This document shows, piece by piece, positions 1 to 8,755 of a stretch of DNA of 29,857 bases. Source of the stretch: Candidatus Krumholzibacteriia bacterium (GTDB lineage Bacteria > Krumholzibacteriota > Krumholzibacteriia > JAJRXK01). The first letter of the stretch is position 1, and each line of letters starts with the position of its first letter. A program made the position numbers and the translations under genes. The notes below the pieces were generated by a model. It searched no databases and was not told the DNA's origin. It saw nothing but the letters and a program-made list of their open reading frames with translations. Location: the NCBI GenBank assembly GCA_041484665.1, contig JBGPIA010000030.1, positions 1 to 29,857 on the forward strand. The letters run 5' to 3'.

Positions 1-138
1 ATCTGCTGCCCGACGCCTGGGCTGCTCAGCAAGCGGCGTCGCTACCCGCCCAGAATCAAGCCGCTGCCTGACCCATCGAGCGCGCTACCCCGCCGCGCGT
101 GACGTCGTATCCTGGGGATGGGATCGCCGGATGGATAC
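1..138 (+). mobile_element. IS66-family element, right end only (last 22 codons of tnpC, stop at 69-71, then terminal inverted repeat)
   Basis: Frame from position 3 reads LLPDAWAAQQAASLPAQNQAAA*, identical to the C-terminus of the IS66 transposase fragment at the other end of the window. Similarity to the reverse complement of 29491-29628 stops exactly at ...GGATGGATAC (138), giving a 5'-GTA terminus typical of IS66. Confidence 0.9.
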
Positions 139-168
139 TCTGCGCCGCATACCCGTCGCGCGGGCTGA

Positions 169-1968
169 TCAGCGAACGAGCGCCAGCCGCGCCGACCCGG
201 CGGCCCGGCCGTCGATTCGCAGCGTGGCCACGTAGACGCCGCTGGCCACCGCGGCGCCAGCGTCGTCCCGACCATGCCATGGCGCGCTATAGCTTCCAGA
301 GGCCAGCGGCTGGTCGCACAACGTCGCGATCCGACGGCCGGCCAGGTCGTGGATCGTCAACTGCACGCGAGGTGCATACGACCGCTCGGTCGCAGCGCCG
401 CTCCCACGTGTGGCGCCGACCTCGAAGTCGATGCGCGTCGTGGGATTGAAGGGATTGGGGACGGCGGCGACCACCCTCGAGCGTTGCGGTACCGCGCCGA
501 AAGCGACCGTGGCCCAGCTCACCGGAACCACCTCGGATCCCTGTTGCACGGTCCCCAGCATGTAGCGCAGCTCGCCCGGCGGCACGTCGACGTCGACAAA
601 GCCGCCAGAGGCAGCCTGGCCGCGGAACACATCGCTGGAGCCGCCGGCGGCGAAGCGCCGGACCAGAAGCTCGGCGGGAGCGCTCAGCCTCCACGTCACC
701 TCCACGTCGCGACCGTTGCGCTGCGCCACGAAGGCATCGACCAGCACCGGAGTGGTGCGGTCGCAGGCTGTTGTGAAGGCTCCCATCAGGCCGCACTCAC
801 TATTCGGCGGAGCGGCTGGCGAGTGGGTGCTGATCGTGTAGTCACCGCGCGCACGATCGCAGAAGATGGGTGGCGCGCTGATGTTGCCGTCGACGCCGGT
901 GGGGTCCCCAATGCCGCCGCGGTAGTGCGCGTCGGCGCTCTGGAAGGCGTCATTGCACTGGACGACGGTCCCATGGGGCGCATCCAGGACGGCGCCGGGC
1001 TGGCCGATGAAGAGGTTGTGGGTGAGCGAGCCGGTCGCCGTCGGGGCGAGAGTGATCAGTGCCGGGATCTGCTGCGGAGTCGGGTAGGGGCAACCGCAAG
1101 CCTGGTAGGAATAGCCGGTGTCCACAAAGGTGTTGTTCCGGACTTCCGTGGGTCCGTCCGCCTGGATGCACCGGGTGTAGCCGTAGCACTCGGCGAATGC
1201 GCAATCGGAGTCTTCCGTCAGTGAGAACGCTGCGACCAGGCAGTCCTTCATGTCCAGACCGACACGCGCCGTGATCAGATACTCCTCGCAGTTGCGGAAC
1301 TGACTTCCAACGATCTCGACGGGCACCCACGAAACCACGGAACCGCGTTGCTGCTGGAACATGCACTCGAGGAAGCGCAGCCGGCCGGTGTTGACGCCGC
1401 CGTCGCTGCCGTGCACTACGCAATTGGCCGCGATGGCCTCCCCATGGAGGTTACCCCCGGTCCAATTGCCGCGAAACCCGCAGCCGGTGAATTCGACACT
1501 GCTGTCCCCGGAGATCACGATTGGGACACTCTGCCCATCCCCAACGCATCCACCGTTGCCGCACGGCACGAGCCCCTGGAACAGGCAGTCCGAAAAGCGA
1601 ACCTCCGAGAACGTCACCGTCACGCCCTGGGGAGAATCGCCATGCTGCAGTCCCCCGTACAGGTCGTTGTAGCCGACGTGGAATCCGATCACGTGGACCG
1701 GTCCGCCCAGCCGCTCCAGCCGCAGCGCCTCGATGCGGTTGGCGCGGGACTCCCGCGAGAGGAGCGTGGTGGCGCGTGTAAGGATGATCTCGCCGCCGTC
1801 AAGCTGCCGCGCGGCGACACTCACCGTGTCGGCCGGGCCGGCCAACGCGAGTGCTTGCTCGAGCGTGTAGTGCTCGGGAACCAGGAGCAGCCCGGCGGCG
1901 AAGATCGGCGATGACGTGAGGGCCGCGAGCAGCAACACCCCACCGGTCAGCAACGGCCGGGCAACCAA
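169..1968 (-). CDS. Secreted protein: pectin-lyase-like beta-helix region plus C-terminal FlgD-Ig-like (PNPFNP) domain
   Basis: Lies within ORF 169..2145. A TTG at 1968 follows AGGGG and gives a clean signal peptide (MVARPLLTGGVLLLAALTSSPIFA). LLVPEHYTLEQALALAGPADTVSV resembles a beta-helix N-cap; then GNISAPPIFCD...SPA; tail PNPFNPTTRIDF...IHDLAGRRIATL...WHGRDDAGAAVASGVY. The start is uncertain (alternative ATG at 2073). Confidence 0.8.
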   Translation of the reverse strand: MVARPLLTGGVLLLAALTSSPIFAAGLLLVPEHYTLEQALALAGPADTVSVAARQLDGGEIILTRATTLLSRESRANRIEALRLERLGGPVHVIGFHVGYNDLYGGLQHGDSPQGVTVTFSEVRFSDCLFQGLVPCGNGGCVGDGQSVPIVISGDSSVEFTGCGFRGNWTGGNLHGEAIAANCVVHGSDGGVNTGRLRFLECMFQQQRGSVVSWVPVEIVGSQFRNCEEYLITARVGLDMKDCLVAAFSLTEDSDCAFAECYGYTRCIQADGPTEVRNNTFVDTGYSYQACGCPYPTPQQIPALITLAPTATGSLTHNLFIGQPGAVLDAPHGTVVQCNDAFQSADAHYRGGIGDPTGVDGNISAPPIFCDRARGDYTISTHSPAAPPNSECGLMGAFTTACDRTTPVLVDAFVAQRNGRDVEVTWRLSAPAELLVRRFAAGGSSDVFRGQAASGGFVDVDVPPGELRYMLGTVQQGSEVVPVSWATVAFGAVPQRSRVVAAVPNPFNPTTRIDFEVGATRGSGAATERSYAPRVQLTIHDLAGRRIATLCDQPLASGSYSAPWHGRDDAGAAVASGVYVATLRIDGRAAGSARLALVR

Positions 1969-2272
1969 GGCGTAAACCCCTGCAGCGATCCGCCGGATCT
2001 GGGCGGCGATTGTAAGAACGCGCGCTGCGGGCGCACCCAGCGGGCTCAATATGAAGCGGTTCGGATGTCGCATTGCGGCACCCCTTTCCACCATCGGGCG
2101 CCGACACTTCCTTTGGAGTATGCGCCCGCCAGCGGGCCGGAGCAAGTGGCGCGCCCGGTCGTCGCCGCTTCGAGCGCTTCGAGACGCGCCTGCGCCCGCG
2201 CCGACGTGACAATGAGTGGCGCCTGTGCGAGCGCCGGCCGCGAGCCACGTGGTGGTTGCCCCACCTGCTCCG

Positions 2273-3013
2273 TCAGTTCTCCTCGAGCACGATGGTGTGG
2301 CGCACCAGCGTCAGACCGTCGGCAATGCGCCCGGGCGTTTCGACCCGGGTCACGTCTTGGGGATGGTCGGCGGTCCACCGCCGCGCGCGCTCCTGGCGCT
2401 GCAGCGTGATGAGCGGATCCCCGGCGAACCAGATCGTCGAGTAACGCAGCCGGTAGCCCGGGCAGTTGACCTCGAAGTGCACATGCGCGGGCTCCGACGC
2501 GTCGGGATAGGGCCCCGGGCTGACCGTCAGCAATTGGAACTTGCCGTCAGTATCCGACGTCACCGCGCCGCGGATGCGCGGCACGCGCGTTGGGGAGTTG
2601 CGGGGGTTGTAGAGTCCCTGAGCGTCGGCGTTGTAGGCCACGACCTGCGCGCCGGCCACTGGGTGGCCGCTGCCATCCAGCACCTGTCCTGCGATAAGCA
2701 AACGCGGGCCCGGCTCATCAGCCTGGCACATGATTGCGGTCGAGCCAGGCCCGGGCGGCGGCACGCGCTCTGCGCCGCCTGCGGACGCCGGATCGGCCGG
2801 CGGTGCGAAAGCAGCCGGCCGCGCAGCGGCCATCAGCGGCCCGGTGGCAGCAACCAGCGGCGCAGCGGCGACCAGCTGGGCTGCGATAGCGAGCGGCGCA
2901 GCGGCGATCGGCTGCCCGGCGGCGGCAACCAGCGGGGCCGCCGCGACCGGCAGCGCGGCAGCGGCAAGCAAGGCCGCGAGGGCCCGGGGCAAAGCCGCCC
3001 GGCGCGTAGTCAT
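2273..3013 (-). CDS. Exported intradiol ring-cleavage dioxygenase-like protein
   Basis: EPGPRLLIAGQVLD..G.PVAGA, ADAQGLY, IRG...DTDGKF...T..PGPYP and PAHVHF give the Tyr/Tyr/His/His iron-ligand pattern. Has an N-terminal signal-like segment and an AAAPL repeat linker. Its start overlaps the upstream stop (ATGA). Confidence 0.8.
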   Translation of the reverse strand: MTTRRAALPRALAALLAAAALPVAAAPLVAAAGQPIAAAPLAIAAQLVAAAPLVAATGPLMAAARPAAFAPPADPASAGGAERVPPPGPGSTAIMCQADEPGPRLLIAGQVLDGSGHPVAGAQVVAYNADAQGLYNPRNSPTRVPRIRGAVTSDTDGKFQLLTVSPGPYPDASEPAHVHFEVNCPGYRLRYSTIWFAGDPLITLQRQERARRWTADHPQDVTRVETPGRIADGLTLVRHTIVLEEN

Positions 3014-6000
3014 CGCTGCGCATTCGCCGCCGCAGCGCGGTACGGCTTGACGATCACGGCCGGCACCTGCAGCTGTTGCACGAGCGAGTCCAGCGCTGGC
3101 AGGTCGCGTGCGAGCAGCTCGTCCAGCTTGGTGAGCTCGGCGTCGATGGCGCTGGTCAGCTCCTTCTTCACCGCCAGCGCCTGATCGGTCGGGCGGTCCT
3201 GCGACATCGCCACGGTGCTCGCCAACGCACTCAGCTTGTTGTTGAGACGGATCGGGTAGTTGAGGGGGTCCTGGGAGCTCTGGTTCTTCGTCTGGTAGAG
3301 CGCCTGCTCGGTGCGCGTCATCCGCGCATCGAGGGAATCGGCCGCCTCGGCGAACTGCTTGTACTTGGCGTCGTCGAATGCGGGGCTCTCGCCCACACGC
3401 TTCTTCAGCGCAAAGAGCTGGTCGCGCGCGTCGCGGATCGCGGTGATGGCGTCGTGCGTGACCGTGAGCTCGTCACGGATCTGCGTCAGGAACTCGAACT
3501 GCGCCTGCATGTCCTCCGGCGTGGCTTTGATGCGGGGGTCGCGCAGGATGGTGAAGGGCGCGGCGAGGGTGTCCGCACCGGCCATCAAACGCACCGTATA
3601 GTCTCCCGGCACTGCCAGCGGGCCCGCAGTCCAGCCATCCCACAGCACGACACCCGGGAAGCTGCGCGGCCCCGCGTAGCGCATGTTCCACACGAAGCGA
3701 TTCAGCCCAGCCTTGTCGGCCAGCACGGCGTCGTCGACGATGCGGAGGTCCTTGGCGCCCTTGGGCCGCTCGGCCGGCTCTTTGTCGCCGGGCTTGTGGT
3801 CGCCAGGTTTGCGGTCGCCGAGCGCGCTCTCGCCCTTCTGCTTCTCCCCTACGTGCGGGCCCGCCCCCTTCGTCTCCTCCCCTTCGCGCGCGCCGTCGTT
3901 CTGGCCTTCCTTCTGCCCTTCCTTCTGCCCCTCCTTCTGGCCTTCCTTCTTCGGCTTGTGCACGAAGCGTTTGACGAGCTTGCCGTCGCGCTGGCGAAAC
4001 TCCAGGGCAAACTCCTGGTCGGTCATCGCTTTGCCGAGCCAGTAGCGCACCACCACGCCGTTGGGCGGATTTCGCCCGGCGTTGGGCGGCGGGCCGAAGT
4101 CAAACGCCGACAGGCGGTGGGTCGGCCGCGGCGCGTACACGTGCAGCGGCCGTGCCGAGACGTCGCGCGAGACCTGGTGCAGCGGTGTCAGGTCGTCGAG
4201 GATCCAGACGGCGCGCCCCTGCGTGGCGGCGATCAGGTCGTCATTCTTGACCGCCAGATCGGTAATGGGCACGACCGGCAGATTCAGCTGCAGCGACTGC
4301 CAGTGGTCGCCATCGTCGAACGAGACGTACATACCGCTCTCGGTGCCGCAGTACAAGAGGCCGGGACGCTTGGGGTCGGCGCGCACCACGCGCGTGAAAT
4401 GCTCGGGCGGAATGCCCGCCACGATCTTCGTCCAGTGCTCGCCGTAATCGGTCGTCTTGTAGAGGTATGGCTGGAAGTCGTCCCACTTGTACATGGTGGC
4501 CGCCACGTAGAGGCCGCCCTTCTGGAAGGGGCTGGCCTCGAGGCTATTCACCATGATCCACGCGGGGCTCTCGCGCGGCGTCACGTTCTTCCAGGTCGCC
4601 CCATTGTCGCGCGAGACCTGGATCACTCCATCGTCGGAGCCGGTCCACAGCACCCCGGGCTCAAGCGGCGACTCCAGCGCGGTGAAGATCGTCCCGTAAT
4701 ACTCGACGCTGGTGTTGTCCTTGGTGAGGGAGCCGCCCGAAGGGCCCATCTTGCTCGTGTCGTTGCGCGTGAGGTCGGGGCTCACGGCCTCCCAGCTCTG
4801 GCCCCCGTTGCGCGTGCGGAACAGGGTGTTGCCGGCCGCGTAGAGCGTCTTGGGATCGTGCGGCGAGAAGAAGATTGGGAAGCTCCACTGGAAGCGGTAC
4901 TTCAGCTCGGCGGCGCCCCAGCCCATGGGGTTGTCGGGCCACACGTTCACGGCGCGCAGCTCCTTGGTGCCATGGTCGTAGCGCGTGAGGTAGCCGCCGT
5001 AGGAGCCGCCGTAGACGACCTCCGGGTCGGCCGGGTCGGGCGCCAGCCAGCCGCTCTCACCGCCCGAGCTCTCCTCCCAATCGCGTACGCCGATGCCACC
5101 GCCCAGGGAGCGGTGCGCGATGCGCACGGTGGAGTTGTCCTGTTGCGCACCGTAGATGCGGTACGGGAAGACGTCGTCGGTCACGACGCGGTAGAACTGT
5201 CCGGTGGGCTGGTTGTTCAACGATGACCAGTTCTGTCCGCCATCGAAGGTGACGCAGGCGCCGCCGTCGTTGCCCTCGATCATCCGGCGCGGGTCGTTGG
5301 GGGCGATCCATAGGTCGTGGTTGTCGCCGTGCGGCGTGTTGACGGCGTTGAACGTGCGCCCGCCGTCCTTGGAGCGGAAGAAGTCCACGTTGACCACGTA
5401 GACGACGTCCTGGTCGACCGGGTCCGCGTAGATGCGGGTGTAATACCACGCGCGCTGGCGCAGCTTGCGCTCATCGTTGGTCTTACTCCAGGTCTTGCCG
5501 CCGTCGCGCGAGCGGAAGACCCCGCCCTCCTCGGCCTCCATGATGGCGTACACGTTATCGGGATTGCTGGCTGAGACGCTGATCCCGCTGATGCCCAGCG
5601 TACCCTTGGGGAGCCCCTCGTTGCGGGTGATCTCCTTCCAGGTGTCGCCACTGTCGACGCTCTTCCAGAGGCCGCTGCCCTCGCCGCCGCTCTCCAGGCT
5701 CCATGGCGTGCGGCGCACACGCCAGAAGCAAGCGTACAGGACACGCGGGTTGGTCGGATCCATGGCCAGGTCGACAGCACCAGCGTCCTTGCTCACAAAG
5801 AGGATCCGCTGCCAGGTCTTGCCGCCGTCCTTGCTGCGATAGACTCCGCGCGTGTCGTGGGGACCGAACAGATGCCCCAGCACCGCCGCGTACACGAGGT
5901 CGGGATCGCGCGGGTGGATGCAGATGCGTGGGATGCAACGCGAGTCGGCCAGACCCATCTGACTCCAGGTCTTACCGGCGTCGGTCGACTTCCAGACGCC

Positions 6001-6513
6001 ATGGCCCTGGGAGACGTTGCCCCGGACCGTCACTTCGCCCCCGCCCGCGTAGACGACGTTGGGATCCCACTCGCTCACGGCGACCGCGCCGATCGAGCCT
6101 CCGAAGGAGCTGTCCGACAGGCACGTCCAGCTCGCCCCGCCGTCGCTTGTCTTCCAGACGCCCCCGCCCGTGCCGCCGAAGTAGTAGACGAGCGGCTGGT
6201 TGGGGATGCCGGCAACGGCGGCGCAGCGCCCACCCCGCCAGGGCCCGATGCAGCGCCACTCCATGGCCGGAAACTGCGCCGCGTCGAAGCCGGATTCGGT
6301 CATGCGCGCGCCCGGGGTCGTGGCCTTGGGCGGGTTCTTGGCGGCGGAGCTGGAGGTTTGGGCTGCGACGGCGAGGTGCGTCGCGCCGGTGGCATGCGTC
6401 GCGGCGGCAGCGCGGGTCGCGCCGGCAGCGTCGGCCGCGGTTGCGTGGGCGGCGACCCCGGCCAGCACGAGCGTGCACGCCAGCGTCGCGGGCATCGTGG
6501 GCAGCTTCATCAT
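3010..6513 (-). CDS. Large secreted BNR/Asp-box (VPS10/sortilin-like) beta-propeller protein, putative glycosyl hydrolase
   Basis: About 11 Asp-box motifs (e.g. KSTDAGKTW, RSKDGGKTW, VSFDDGDHW), WRCIGPWRGGR start motif, PHGDNHDLWI, GAQQDNST, and a C-terminal helical region with QDPLNYPIRLNNKL. Signal peptide follows MMKLPTM. The start is uncertain (an ATG at 6606 has a GGAGGT SD). Confidence 0.85.
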   Translation of the reverse strand: MMKLPTMPATLACTLVLAGVAAHATAADAAGATRAAAATHATGATHLAVAAQTSSSAAKNPPKATTPGARMTESGFDAAQFPAMEWRCIGPWRGGRCAAVAGIPNQPLVYYFGGTGGGVWKTSDGGASWTCLSDSSFGGSIGAVAVSEWDPNVVYAGGGEVTVRGNVSQGHGVWKSTDAGKTWSQMGLADSRCIPRICIHPRDPDLVYAAVLGHLFGPHDTRGVYRSKDGGKTWQRILFVSKDAGAVDLAMDPTNPRVLYACFWRVRRTPWSLESGGEGSGLWKSVDSGDTWKEITRNEGLPKGTLGISGISVSASNPDNVYAIMEAEEGGVFRSRDGGKTWSKTNDERKLRQRAWYYTRIYADPVDQDVVYVVNVDFFRSKDGGRTFNAVNTPHGDNHDLWIAPNDPRRMIEGNDGGACVTFDGGQNWSSLNNQPTGQFYRVVTDDVFPYRIYGAQQDNSTVRIAHRSLGGGIGVRDWEESSGGESGWLAPDPADPEVVYGGSYGGYLTRYDHGTKELRAVNVWPDNPMGWGAAELKYRFQWSFPIFFSPHDPKTLYAAGNTLFRTRNGGQSWEAVSPDLTRNDTSKMGPSGGSLTKDNTSVEYYGTIFTALESPLEPGVLWTGSDDGVIQVSRDNGATWKNVTPRESPAWIMVNSLEASPFQKGGLYVAATMYKWDDFQPYLYKTTDYGEHWTKIVAGIPPEHFTRVVRADPKRPGLLYCGTESGMYVSFDDGDHWQSLQLNLPVVPITDLAVKNDDLIAATQGRAVWILDDLTPLHQVSRDVSARPLHVYAPRPTHRLSAFDFGPPPNAGRNPPNGVVVRYWLGKAMTDQEFALEFRQRDGKLVKRFVHKPKKEGQKEGQKEGQKEGQNDGAREGEETKGAGPHVGEKQKGESALGDRKPGDHKPGDKEPAERPKGAKDLRIVDDAVLADKAGLNRFVWNMRYAGPRSFPGVVLWDGWTAGPLAVPGDYTVRLMAGADTLAAPFTILRDPRIKATPEDMQAQFEFLTQIRDELTVTHDAITAIRDARDQLFALKKRVGESPAFDDAKYKQFAEAADSLDARMTRTEQALYQTKNQSSQDPLNYPIRLNNKLSALASTVAMSQDRPTDQALAVKKELTSAIDAELTKLDELLARDLPALDSLVQQLQVPAVIVKPYRAAAANAQR
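3901..3948 (-). repeat. In-frame 12-bp tandem repeat x4 encoding KEGQ
   Basis: CTGGCCTTCCTT CTGCCCTTCCTT CTGCCCCTCCTT CTGGCCTTCCTT on the + strand. Confidence 0.9.
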
Positions 6514-6772
6514 CTGGGAGGTGGAACGGGGCCCTGACCGACCCGATTGCCCCGTTCTGCACCACGCGTGCAGGACCACCAGATGCATCGCGCCGTCCTC
6601 GTGCATGGGACACCTCCCGGGAGAGCCACGAGGATGGCGCATTCGGGCGGCGCAGACCAGCCCGTTTCGAACGCGCCCACGTGGTGCTGGACGTGGGCCA
6701 TCGATGCAGGCCATGGACGCACTCTGGCGACGATCGGCTCCGCGGGCAGAGGCGCGCTGCTCGGCCTGCCCC

Positions 6773-8539
6773 TCACCCCCGCGGCGACCGCCCGGCCAGG
6801 TGCAGCAGCAGATCGGTCTTCGACAGGCTCCCCAGCAGCCGCGGGTTGGTCCGGCTCTCTACCACCGGAATGCGCTCGGAGTTGCTCAGCTCGAAGGTCT
6901 GCAGCGCCTGCTCCAGCGCGCTCTCCGGCGTGACGGATGGGAACTCCTCGTGGAGCACGTCCTGTGCGATGAGCACCCGGGCCAGCTCGGGTTGGTCGAG
7001 GTAGCCCTTGACGTCGTGCAGCGAGATGGCGCCCACGAACCGCGTCTCCGCGTCCACCACGTAGAGATAGTTGAAGCGGTTCTGCAGGAACCACTCCGCG
7101 ATCTCGCGGAACGTGGCCGTAGTTCGCACGTGCGTCGCGCTGGGCTTCATGAGGTCCACGACCCGCAGCAGCGCCAGCTGCTGCGCCACGGCGCGGGCGC
7201 CCTTACGCTCCATGGCCTCGCCGTAGAGGAACTCACGCTCCGCGGCCTTCGCCGTGTAATAGCCGACGACGCAGGCCAGCATCAGGGGCAGGATGATCTG
7301 GTAGTCGAGCGTGAGCTCGAACAACATGATGATCGCCATGATCGGCGCGCCGGTCGCTGCCGCCAGGAAGGCTCCCATGCCCACCAGCGCGTAGGCGCTG
7401 GGCTGCAGCCCCGCGTACGGGAAGACGGCGCCGACCGCAGTGCCGAACAGGGATCCAATGGCGGCGCCCGCCACGAGGGTGGGCGTGAATACGCCGCCAA
7501 CGGCCCCCGAGCCGAACGTGGCGGCCGTGGCGACCAGTTTGAACAGCAGGATCACGGCCAGTTCCCGCCACAGCCACTGCCCGTGGAGGATGGAGTGCGC
7601 GACGTTGTAGCCGTTGCCGCAGACCTCGGGGTGCATGATCGCCAGCCCACCTACGATCGCGCCGCCCAGGCCGAGCTTCGCCACGCGGTGGATGCGCAGC
7701 CGGGCGAACGCGCGCTCGCTGCCGCGCAACAGCCGCAGATAGAGGGGCGCAAGCGCCCCGCAGCCGATCCCCAGCACCACGTACGGGGCGATCTCCCAAT
7801 AGGAGTTGAGCTTGAAGGCCGGAGCCCGATACAGCGCGTCGGCCCCTTCCACGGCGCGGGTCACCATGGTCGCCACGACGGACGAAACGACCATCGGGCC
7901 GAAGTACTCCATGGAGACCGAGCCCAGGACGATCTCGGCCACGAAGAACGCGCCGGCGATCGGCGCGTTGTAGGCGCTGGCGATGCCGGCCGCGGCGCCG
8001 CAGGCCACCATCTCGCGGCGCATCGGCAGCGAGAACGAGCGGGCGCGGCCCACCAGCGAAGCCAGCATCGACGACAGCTGGACCATGGGGCCCTCGCGCC
8101 CGATGCTGGCGCCCGTGGCGCCGGAGAGCAGCGCCGACGCGCTCTTGACGAGGCTCGTGCGGAACGAGACGCGCCCGTCCCCCACCACGATCGCCTCCAT
8201 GTAATCGGAGCTCTTCTCGCTGCGACCGAGCCGCCAGCCGTGGTGGAGCACCAGGCCGGCGAGCACGCCGCCGACCGTGGGGACCAGCAGGCGCTGCCAC
8301 CAGAGCAGGTGGCGGAAGCCGCTCACCTGGCTGCCCGGCTGGCCGGTGAGCAGATGCGGGATGCCTTCAATCGCCGCGCGGAACAGCGCCGCGGCCAGCG
8401 CGCCGATCACGCCGATGCCCGCGGCCCACAACAGCGTGATCTGGAGGTCGCTCGGGCGCAGCGTCTCCGCCACCCAGACCCTCAGCTTGAGGAGCCGGCG
8501 GAGCAGCGTTCCCAGTTCCTGCGACTCGATCCGATGCAT
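6773..8539 (-). CDS. clcB: ClcB-like CLC chloride channel/transporter with C-terminal CBS pair
   Basis: SIGREGPMVQ, GAAAGIASAYNAPIAG, GGVFTP and the DYMEA variant of the first filter motif; CBS domains at the C-terminus. ATG at 8539 lies 7 nt after TACCCT. Confidence 0.88.
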   Translation of the reverse strand: MHRIESQELGTLLRRLLKLRVWVAETLRPSDLQITLLWAAGIGVIGALAAALFRAAIEGIPHLLTGQPGSQVSGFRHLLWWQRLLVPTVGGVLAGLVLHHGWRLGRSEKSSDYMEAIVVGDGRVSFRTSLVKSASALLSGATGASIGREGPMVQLSSMLASLVGRARSFSLPMRREMVACGAAAGIASAYNAPIAGAFFVAEIVLGSVSMEYFGPMVVSSVVATMVTRAVEGADALYRAPAFKLNSYWEIAPYVVLGIGCGALAPLYLRLLRGSERAFARLRIHRVAKLGLGGAIVGGLAIMHPEVCGNGYNVAHSILHGQWLWRELAVILLFKLVATAATFGSGAVGGVFTPTLVAGAAIGSLFGTAVGAVFPYAGLQPSAYALVGMGAFLAAATGAPIMAIIMLFELTLDYQIILPLMLACVVGYYTAKAAEREFLYGEAMERKGARAVAQQLALLRVVDLMKPSATHVRTTATFREIAEWFLQNRFNYLYVVDAETRFVGAISLHDVKGYLDQPELARVLIAQDVLHEEFPSVTPESALEQALQTFELSNSERIPVVESRTNPRLLGSLSKTDLLLHLAGRSPRG

Positions 8540-8546
8540 CGCCCCG

Positions 8547-8576
8547 AGGGTACGCGGGGGCGCGGCGCGGGGCCAG
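8547..8576 (-). promoter_or_regulatory. Candidate leaderless promoter for the CLC gene
   Basis: Minus strand CTGGCC-N18-TACCCT-N7-ATG, with no SD before the ATG. Confidence 0.5.
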
Positions 8577-8755
8577 TGCAAGGACACGCCCACGGGCAAG
8601 CCGGGCGGCTGGGTGCCAGCAGCGGCGTGCGCTCCGGCCGCGCAGCGTCGACGCGCCGGCCCGATGGCCGCGCGTCAGCGGCCGCGTATCGCCGATGCGC
8701 CGGCGCGCCGGCCCGCCAGCGCTCCGGCCTCGCGCCGGCCCCTGCGCGCCTTCCC

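Noticed and set aside
3076..5226. 716-aa plus-strand ORF (likewise 10452-12560, 22930-24843 and similar overlapping ORFs)
   Set aside because: They lie opposite or out of frame to well-supported genes and have the composition of antisense translation.
8190..8215. Loss of the GSGIP filter motif in the CLC protein as a novelty
   Set aside because: The DYMEA variant with intact GREGP is characteristic of the known ClcB-like subfamily.
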